Under the pieces are notes generated by a model. It did not search any database. It saw only the letters and a list, made by a program, of their open reading frames with translations, and was not told where the DNA came from. The position numbers and the translations under genes were made by a program. Shown here piece after piece: positions 57,106 to 64,000 of a DNA stretch of 64,000 bases. Every line of letters begins with the position of its first letter. Within the stretch, counting starts at the first letter, position 1. Origin of the DNA: Pyrinomonadaceae bacterium (lineage in GTDB: Bacteria > Acidobacteriota > Blastocatellia > Pyrinomonadales > Pyrinomonadaceae); assembly GCA_036388475.1 (NCBI GenBank), contig DASVRT010000020.1:18412-82411 (forward strand), written 5' to 3'.

Positions 57106-60100
57106 TCGGAAGGCAAAACGCGCCGCTGGAATTCGCTGAACTGGGCGTTTTCACGAACGTTGTCGAAGAAAGGACTGACGGCTATAAAATTTATCTCGTT
57201 GCGTTTTTCCGCTTCGGTGACGCGCAGCCATTTTAAGGTTTCGCCGGCGTTGCCGAGCAGCGCGTAAATGGTCGAGATATGATACGCCGACGTTTTTTGC
57301 AGTTTATCGGCGTCCGGCAGTGAAAAAGCTTCGGCAATCGCTTTTTCGGCTTCGGCTTTTTTATTTCCGGCGGCGTAAGTTTCCGCCAGGCTCAGGCGCA
57401 GATGAAATTCGTTGCTGCCCGCGTGATAGATTCTTTCCTGACCGAGCACGTTCATCGCCTCGTCAAACTCGCCCTGAAGCTCAAGCGCGCGGCGCAAGCC
57501 CATATAAGCATTGATAAATCCCGCATCGCGGCGCAAAATTTTGCGGTATTGCTCGGCGGCAAGCCCGTATTGACGCGCGTACAGAAGAATATTGCCGTGC
57601 GCGGCGACGGCAAACAGCGACTGCGGGTCGAGGCGTTCGGCGATTTCGATTTGCCGCAGAGCCTCGTCGGATTTTCCGCCGCCGCTTAGAACCAGCGCCA
57701 GCCAGTGACGCGCCTGCGCGTAGCTCGGATTCAATTCGACGGCGCGGCGCAGATGTTTTTCCGCCTCGCTGAAACGGCGCTCGCCGTAAAATTCGACGAG
57801 TCCGAGCGTCGCGTTGGCGTCGGCTGACTGGTCGTCGAGACTCAAAGCTTTTTCGGCATTTTCGCGCGCCTTTCGATAACCGTCCGGCGGCGCGGGCGGA
57901 TACAGATTCATCAGCGCGTAAGCGTCCGCCAGACCGGCGTAAGCCTGCGCGAATTTCGGGTCGAGCGCGATTGCCTGTTCGAAATTGACCAGCGCGATTT
58001 TGAAATTTTCGGTTTTGCGCTTCGCCAGATTGTAGCGCCCGGCGAGATAAAATTGATAAGCTTCCTCGTTGAGCGTGGTTTTCCGGTTCAGCGTTTCGCG
58101 CTCGTTCAGGCTCAGTTCGAGACTCAGATTCTGCACCACGCGCTCGGCAATCAGATACTGCAATTGCGAAAGCTCGTTTTCGCGCAGGGAAAATTTTTCC
58201 GACCAGACGGCTTCGCCTTTTTCCGTGTTTTGCAAAGCGGCGATGACCTGCAAATTGTCGTTGACTCTTTCCAGCTGCGTGAACAAAACGTAATTAGCCG
58301 CCAGCTCGCGCCCGATGTTTATCGCTTCTTCGGCGGACGCGGCTTTTTTGCTGCTGGCGGTCACGGGACGCACGGATAACTGCTTGATTTGACCGAGCCT
58401 TGAAGTGATGGCTTCGGCGATTCCGAGACTTAAATGCTCGTCCGTCTGATTCAGATTCACCAGATTAAACGGCAGAATCGCAATCGAATTGACGGCTTTC
58501 GGGCGGCGTTCCGCCGGAACTTCGCTGTCGTTCAAATCGGTTTGATAAATTTTATAATTCGTTTCGCGGTTGCTCTGAAAAACGAGTTTTGTATCCGAAA
58601 GCCAGACCGCTTCCAAATCGTTCGCGGGATTTATCGTCACGCGCTGGCGATTTTCGCCGTTCGTCTCCATCACCCACAAATCGTAGCGCGGGCTGAGACT
58701 TTCGAAATTGGTCGAATAAACGAAGCGCTGCCCGTCGGGCGAAAAAACGGGCAGCGCTTCGTCGGCTTTGTCGGTGTTGCTGACGTTGGTCTGTTCCGAG
58801 CCGTCGGCGTTCATCATCCAGATGTCGAAAACGCTGCCGGTCATCGCCTTTGTATAAGCGATTTTTTTGCCGTCGGGCGACCAGTTCGGGTCGGATTCAA
58901 AAGCCGTGTTGTCGGTCAGTTGTTTCGCGCTGCTGCCGTCGGCGTTCATCACCCAGATGTTCGCCTCGCGGCGGTCGTTCAGGCTGCGATTACTGCCGAA
59001 CGCAATTTTTGAACCGTCGGGCGAAAAAATCGGGCGCATATCGAGACCGGGAAAATTCGACAGATTCCGCTGGTCCGAGCCGTCGGCGTCCATTATCCAG
59101 ATGTCGCTTTCGACGCCGATTTGCGAATAGCTTTCGTAAACGATGCGCTTGCCGTCGGGCGACCAGTTGGCGCTGGTTTCCTCGGTTTTGTTATTGGTGA
59201 CGCGGCGCAGATTCGTGCCGTCCAGATTCATCACGTAAATCTCGCTGTTGCCCTCGCGGTTGCTGACGAATAAAACCTCGGATTTGTCGGGCGAAAGCTT
59301 CGGATTTTTTTCGACCGCCGCCGCAGACGTCAGCGGAATAACTTTGCCGGGAATAAAAGTCTGCACTTCGCCGCCGCTGCCGTTGACGGTCGGCGCGGAA
59401 AATGTCAGCGTGCCGTATTTATAATACGAAAATCCCAGACCGGCGCCGACAATCAAAAGCAGAACGGCGAGCGCGGCGACAGTAAACGGTTTCCAGCCAA
59501 ACTCGCGGCGCGGCTGTTTGCCGGCAATTTCCCGATTAAGCAATTTGCTTTTCGGCGCTTCGCTTCTGAAAATCTCGCCGAATCTTTTCGTCACCGCGGT
59601 TTTGTGTATCGCGCCGTCGGTGTCGGTCGCCTCCACGCTTTTTTCAAAAGTGAAATGCGAGACGATCGGATTGACGTTTTTCAGCTTCGCCAGCGAATCG
59701 ACAATTTCCTGAAACTCTTTCTCGCCGCGAAGCGAGTCGAAGCGAGCGTCGGTTTCGAGCCAGAACATTCGATAATCTTTATCTTTTTCGGCTTGTTTAA
59801 GGCTGCGGAGCGCGTCTTTTTTATTGCCTAAAGCCGCCTGCACCAATGCCGCGTAAAACTGCGAAACGTAACGGTGAACGCGCGCTTCGAGCATCTCGCG
59901 CAAAATGCGCTCGGCTTCTTCGCGCTTTCCGTTGCGCGCCAGCGCATAGCCGTAAGCGGCGAGCGTCGAAGGCGTGCGCTCGGAAATCTCGACGGCGCGG
60001 CGGCAAAACTCGACGCCTTCACCGGCGCGCTCAAGCTCCGGCAGAATCCAGCCGTAGCTTTGCAAAACGTGGCTGTTCGACGGCTCAAGCTGAATGGCGC

Positions 60101-62339
60101 GATTGTTTTGCGCCAAGGATTCTTCAAAACGGCGTGCTTTAAAGAGAATCTGCGACGCGATAATCGGAATCGAAGCGGAAATCGGATTCAGACGCTGCGC
60201 GATATTGATTTCGTTCAAAGCTTCGTCGTAACGACCGAGAGAACTGTAAAAAAGCGCGAGCCATTCGTGCGTTTGAAAATAATTCGGATTCAGTTCCAGC
60301 GCGTGCCGGAAAAGCTTTTCGCCTTCGGCAAAATCCCAGTTGAAAGCCCATTTGGAAAAGGCTAAAGACGCGTGCGCTTCAGCGAGATGCGGGTCGAGCT
60401 CGACGGCTTTTTCCGCCGCCTGCCGCGCCGCGCCGAAACATTCCTTCGGCGGCAGAACGCCGACGATGCCGAGCCACGTGTGATAATCGGCGACGCCCGA
60501 GTAAGCGCGCGCGTAATTCGGGTCGAGCGCGATTGCCTCGTAAAAATAAACGATTGATTTGGCGAGCGATTCTTCCGTGAATTTGTGCCAGCAGTAACGC
60601 CCGCGCAGATATTTTTCGTGCGCGGCTTCGTCTTTGGTGCCGACAAAGGCAATCTGTTCGAGTTCTTCGGTCGAAATCTGCGGAATCAAAGCGGCGGCGA
60701 CTTTCGTGGATAGCGAATCCTGCAAAGCCAGCACGTCGGCGACGTTTTCGTCAAACTGTTCCGCCCAGATGGAAGCGCCGTCCTTGATGCTGATTAACTG
60801 CACGGTGACGCGGATTTTATCGCGGACTTTCAGAATTCGCCCGTCCAGAACGTAAGCCACGCCGAGACGTTTGCCGATGGTCAGCGAATCTTCTTCGGCG
60901 GTGGCGTATTGCAGAACCGTGCCCGTAGGGCGCACGGAAAAACGGCGCATATTGCCGAGCCGCGTAATCAGCGCGTCCGCCAGACCGATGCCTAAAAATT
61001 CGTCGCCCGTGTCGTGCGTTCCGTTATTGGCGATGATGTTGAGCAGTTTGAACGGCAAAACGGCGAGCGTTTTCTGCTTCGTTCCGCCCGTCGTGTCGGT
61101 CGTTTCGGGTTGATGGGTCTGAAAGGAAGGTTTCGCCTTTATCGGCTGACCTTTCAGAAAGCGCTTGATGTCTTCGGAAAGCTGCTCGACCGACGAATAA
61201 CGGCGATGCGGCTCTTTGTGCAGAGACTGCAAAAGAAGCGCGTCCAGCCCGCTTTCCAGCTCGATTTTTAAAGTCTCCAAAGTCGTTTTGCGGCAGCGGA
61301 AAATGGTTTCCATCGTCACCGGCTCAAGCGAAAATTTGTTCGAGTTAACGAATTGGTCGCTGCTGCCGACGATTACGCTCGGCGTCGCGGGCGCTTTCTC
61401 GCAGATGACTTTGGCGATTTCCAGCGGCGAGCGGTTTTCGAGCAAATACGGTCGATGCCCGGTCACGACTTCGTAAAGCAAAACGCCGAGACTGTACTGG
61501 TCGGTCGCCGACGTCACGAAATTTCCGCTGACCTGTTCGGGCGAAGCGTATTCCGGCGTCATCATCCGCATCGCGGTCGCCGTCGGCTCCTGCGTTTCGT
61601 GAATAAGGTCGGGATTTAAAAGCTTGGCGATGCCGAAATCGAGCAGCTTCGGCACGCCGTCCTCGGTGACGAGAATGTTCGACGGCTTGATGTCGCGGTG
61701 AATAATCAGGTTTTGATGCGCGTAATAAACCGCCGCGCAAACCTGTTGAAACAATTGCAGACGCTCGCGCACGGTCAGGCGATTGCCGTCGCAATACTGC
61801 GTAATCGGCAAGCCTTCGATGTATTCCATCACGAAATACGGCAAGCCGTCGTCGGTGGTGCCGCCGTCAAGCAGGCGCGCGATGTTCGGATGATTTAAGG
61901 CGGCGAGAATCTGGCGTTCGTTGCGGAAGCGGCGCAAAACCTGGTCGCTGTCCATTCCGCGCTTGATTAATTTAATGGCGACGTTTTGCTGAAATTCTCT
62001 ATCGTCGCGGACGGCGAGATAAACCGCGCCCATCCCGCCGCGCCCGATTTCTTTGGTGATGCGGTAAACGCCGATTTTCTTGCCGATAGTCGAATCGCCG
62101 CCGTCGCCGTTCGCGCCGTTTTTTCCTTCGATGACGTTTTCCAGATACGGAACATACGGCGAGGATTCGATAAAATCTTCGGCTTCCGAGTCGGAATCGA
62201 GCAGAATATCGGCTTGCTCGCGCAGCTCGCGGTCGCCCCGGCAAGCTTCGTCGAGGAAAGTTTCGCGTTTTTCGGGCGGAAGAACAACCGCTTGATTAAA
62301 AATTTCTTCAAGCCTCTTCCATTTATCGGGTGACATCAA
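57102..62339 (-). CDS. Giant membrane-spanning Ser/Thr protein kinase (1745 aa): leader, kinase, [AVLPF + TPR], single TM, PD40/TolB-like beta-propeller, [AVLPF + TPR]
   Basis: Kinase motifs as in the 46182 paralog. TM FTVAALAVLLLIVGAGLGF at about aa 950-972. PD40 repeats (SPDG(K/S)...IW.M.ADGS) at about aa 1000-1290. Second module KAVNSIAILPFNLVNLNQTD. Confidence 0.9.
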   Translation of the reverse strand: MMSPDKWKRLEEIFNQAVVLPPEKRETFLDEACRGDRELREQADILLDSDSEAEDFIESSPYVPYLENVIEGKNGANGDGGDSTIGKKIGVYRITKEIGRGGMGAVYLAVRDDREFQQNVAIKLIKRGMDSDQVLRRFRNERQILAALNHPNIARLLDGGTTDDGLPYFVMEYIEGLPITQYCDGNRLTVRERLQLFQQVCAAVYYAHQNLIIHRDIKPSNILVTEDGVPKLLDFGIAKLLNPDLIHETQEPTATAMRMMTPEYASPEQVSGNFVTSATDQYSLGVLLYEVVTGHRPYLLENRSPLEIAKVICEKAPATPSVIVGSSDQFVNSNKFSLEPVTMETIFRCRKTTLETLKIELESGLDALLLQSLHKEPHRRYSSVEQLSEDIKRFLKGQPIKAKPSFQTHQPETTDTTGGTKQKTLAVLPFKLLNIIANNGTHDTGDEFLGIGLADALITRLGNMRRFSVRPTGTVLQYATAEEDSLTIGKRLGVAYVLDGRILKVRDKIRVTVQLISIKDGASIWAEQFDENVADVLALQDSLSTKVAAALIPQISTEELEQIAFVGTKDEAAHEKYLRGRYCWHKFTEESLAKSIVYFYEAIALDPNYARAYSGVADYHTWLGIVGVLPPKECFGAARQAAEKAVELDPHLAEAHASLAFSKWAFNWDFAEGEKLFRHALELNPNYFQTHEWLALFYSSLGRYDEALNEINIAQRLNPISASIPIIASQILFKARRFEESLAQNNRAIQLEPSNSHVLQSYGWILPELERAGEGVEFCRRAVEISERTPSTLAAYGYALARNGKREEAERILREMLEARVHRYVSQFYAALVQAALGNKKDALRSLKQAEKDKDYRMFWLETDARFDSLRGEKEFQEIVDSLAKLKNVNPIVSHFTFEKSVEATDTDGAIHKTAVTKRFGEIFRSEAPKSKLLNREIAGKQPRREFGWKPFTVAALAVLLLIVGAGLGFSYYKYGTLTFSAPTVNGSGGEVQTFIPGKVIPLTSAAAVEKNPKLSPDKSEVLFVSNREGNSEIYVMNLDGTNLRRVTNNKTEETSANWSPDGKRIVYESYSQIGVESDIWIMDADGSDQRNLSNFPGLDMRPIFSPDGSKIAFGSNRSLNDRREANIWVMNADGSSAKQLTDNTAFESDPNWSPDGKKIAYTKAMTGSVFDIWMMNADGSEQTNVSNTDKADEALPVFSPDGQRFVYSTNFESLSPRYDLWVMETNGENRQRVTINPANDLEAVWLSDTKLVFQSNRETNYKIYQTDLNDSEVPAERRPKAVNSIAILPFNLVNLNQTDEHLSLGIAEAITSRLGQIKQLSVRPVTASSKKAASAEEAINIGRELAANYVLFTQLERVNDNLQVIAALQNTEKGEAVWSEKFSLRENELSQLQYLIAERVVQNLSLELSLNERETLNRKTTLNEEAYQFYLAGRYNLAKRKTENFKIALVNFEQAIALDPKFAQAYAGLADAYALMNLYPPAPPDGYRKARENAEKALSLDDQSADANATLGLVEFYGERRFSEAEKHLRRAVELNPSYAQARHWLALVLSGGGKSDEALRQIEIAERLDPQSLFAVAAHGNILLYARQYGLAAEQYRKILRRDAGFINAYMGLRRALELQGEFDEAMNVLGQERIYHAGSNEFHLRLSLAETYAAGNKKAEAEKAIAEAFSLPDADKLQKTSAYHISTIYALLGNAGETLKWLRVTEAEKRNEINFIAVSPFFDNVRENAQFSEFQRRVLPSD

Positions 62340-62582
62340 ATTACAGTTATGCGGTTAAAAACGCTATGCCTCTTATCTCGGGTTAAACGGCACTGACGAA
62401 TCGACAGTGAAGCGGAATTTTAACACACTTTCCAGCAAGTAATCTAAGAAGCAGATTGAACGCGGCGCGTTGTCCGAAACTAAAGCAATCTTTTGTAAAT
62501 AAAAACACTTCCGACGAAAAAATTCAGCCGCGAACAATCACCGGAAAATAGACGTAAAACCGGCGGAAACTGCCAAAGAATC

Positions 62583-62790
62583 AGCCGCGAGAGCGCGGGA
62601 AAAGCACGAAAAGGAAATAGGAAAATCGTCCGCACGCAGAGACAGATAAACACAGATAGATAAGCTTTACTTACAATTTCAAATTTCAAATCTGAGATTT
62701 CAAATCAATTTCTTATCTGTGTCTGCCTGTGTTCATCTGTGAACTATTTCTCTTTCGTGCTTTTTCGCTTCCTTTCGCGGCTAATCTATT
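62583..62790. repeat. MITE-like palindromic element, copy E2; homologous to E1 and in inverted orientation
   Basis: The reverse complement of 62640-62720 (...AAAGAGAAATAG...CAGACACAGATAAGAAATTGATTTGAAATCT...) aligns with the E1 core. The element's own arms are AGCCGCGAGAGCGCGGGAAAAGCACGAAA / TTTCGTGCTTTTTCGCTTCCTTTCGCGGCT. Confidence 0.6.
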
Positions 62791-62878
62791 TCAATAACAA
62801 TTTGGAAATGTCGCGCCGTCTCGTTTATACTCTGCTTTGACCTTTTAAAACAAAGATTCGGAGAGGTTCAAGAAAGCC

Positions 62879-63454
62879 GTGTCCGCCGAAAAAACACAAG
62901 AGATAACGCAGCTGCTGATAAAGCTTTCCAACGGTCAACGCGCCGCCGTGGATGACCTTTTGCCGTTGATTTACGACGAATTGCGCTCTCTCGCTTCGAA
63001 TTACCTGCGCCGCGAGCGCGTCTCGCACACTTTGCAGCCGACGGCGCTCGTTCACGAAGCTTATTTGAAACTCGTTGACGTCAATCAGGTGACGTGGCAG
63101 AATCGCGCGCATTTTTTCGGCGTCGCGGCAAACCTGATGCGGCGGATTCTGATTGATTACGCGCGCCAGCACAAAGCCGACAAGCGCGGCGGCGAATTTC
63201 AAAAACTCGCGCTCGACGAAAACATCGACAAAGCCGCCGAGCAAAGCACGGAGCTGGTCGCGCTGGACGACGCGCTCGAAACTCTCTCGAAAATCGACCC
63301 CGTCAAAAGCCGCATCGTGGAGCTTCGCTATTTCGGCGGCTTGACGGTCGAAGAAACCGCCGAAGTGATGGGCATCTCCACCATTACCGTCAAGCGCCAC
63401 TGGCGAATGGCGAAAGCCTGGCTCTACGGACAACTCAGCAATGACCCCAATTAG
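62879..63454 (+). CDS. ECF-type sigma-70 family sigma factor of the Ser/Thr-kinase-associated group (TIGR02999/ECF43-like)
   Basis: GTG start with a GGAGAGG Shine-Dalgarno. LLPLIYDELRSLASNYLRRERVSHTLQPTALVHEAYLKL (region 2) and IVELRYFGGLTVEETAEVMGISTITVKRHW (region 4). A kinase gene starts 14 nt before the sigma stop codon. Confidence 0.8.
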   Translation: MSAEKTQEITQLLIKLSNGQRAAVDDLLPLIYDELRSLASNYLRRERVSHTLQPTALVHEAYLKLVDVNQVTWQNRAHFFGVAANLMRRILIDYARQHKADKRGGEFQKLALDENIDKAAEQSTELVALDDALETLSKIDPVKSRIVELRYFGGLTVEETAEVMGISTITVKRHWRMAKAWLYGQLSNDPN

Positions 63455-64000
63455 CGCGACGCGCTGGAAAAAAATCGAAGACATTTTTCAGACGGCGCTC
63501 GATAAATCTACGCCCGAACTGCGCGCGGCATATCTCGCCGAAGCCTGCGCCGGCGACACGAGCCTGCGCGACGAAGTCGAAAAACTCCTCGTCCAGTTTG
63601 ACGAAGCCGAAGATTACGCCGACCTCGACGAAACCGAACCCGACAATCGCTCGCTTTTATCGACTTTGCTGAGCACCGATAAAGACGACGACGACCCGGT
63701 TATCGGCAATCGTCTGGGCGCGTATCGCGTCGAAGCGGAAATCGGGCGCGGCGGGATGGGAACGGTTTATCTGGCAGTCCGCGACGATAGAGAATTCAAC
63801 AAAAAAGTCGCCGTCAAACTGGTCAAGCGCGGAATGGACACCGATTATATCCTGCGCCGCTTTCGCAAGGAGAGACAGATTTTAGCGTCGCTCGAACACC
63901 CGTTTATCGCCGCGCTGCTCGACGGCGGAACGTCGCCCGACGGTCGCCCGTATTTCGTGATGGAGCTGGTCGAGGGCAAAAATTTTTACGAATACTGCGA
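63441..64000 (+). CDS. Ser/Thr protein kinase; N-terminal part only (runs off the right edge of the window); cognate partner of the ECF sigma factor
   Basis: MTPISATRWKKIEDIFQTALDKSTPELRAAYLAEACAGDTSLRDEVEKLL, then GRGGMGTVYLAVRDDREFNKKVAVKLVKRGMD. Overlaps the sigma-factor stop codon. Confidence 0.85.
   Translation, partial: MTPISATRWKKIEDIFQTALDKSTPELRAAYLAEACAGDTSLRDEVEKLLVQFDEAEDYADLDETEPDNRSLLSTLLSTDKDDDDPVIGNRLGAYRVEAEIGRGGMGTVYLAVRDDREFNKKVAVKLVKRGMDTDYILRRFRKERQILASLEHPFIAALLDGGTSPDGRPYFVMELVEGKNFYEYC

Overview
This 64 kb window is about 58-60% GC and looks like bacterial chromosome. The gene content fits an Acidobacteriota-type genome (giant TPR-bearing Ser/Thr kinases, an ECF sigma gene immediately followed by a Ser/Thr kinase, many secreted beta-sandwich proteins); that taxon call is an inference. 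I saw no rRNA, tRNA, CRISPR, integrase or transposase.

Housekeeping content:
- acetate kinase
- a nucleoside-salvage block (cdd-udk-pnp) with two ABC permeases
- a chaperone island (hsp20, clpB, grpE, groEL, a ClpA/ClpC-type Hsp100)
- NfeD-flotillin, gpmA, accD-(DinB-like)-folC
- an M1 aminopeptidase

Accessory content:
- two GH1-like glycosidases and a GH43
- many secreted proteins and lipoproteins
- an orphan HicB antitoxin
- a Uma2-family endonuclease inserted between grpE and groEL
- two very large multidomain Ser/Thr kinases (1818 and 1745 aa) plus a third, partial kinase directly downstream of an ECF sigma factor of the kinase-associated type

Findings not explained by ordinary annotation:
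1. A conserved promoter-like motif, TGATAC-N17/18-CGCTTTA, lies upstream of at least six genes for secreted or envelope proteins. It resembles an ECF-sigma promoter and may mark a regulon.
2. Two independent arrays of about 10-13 tandem 21-bp units, each unit carrying a short palindrome. The strict 21-bp spacing puts every unit on the same face of the DNA.
3. A roughly 200-bp palindromic, MITE-like element is present as two inverted copies that exactly bracket one giant kinase gene.
4. The other giant kinase contains a tandem triplication (three ~1.4 kb repeats) that is recognisable at the nucleotide level.
5. Several families of hairpin terminators are built from tandem heptamers.

Coordinates that come from the ORF track are exact. 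Coordinates for non-coding elements were placed by eye and may be off by 1-3 bp.
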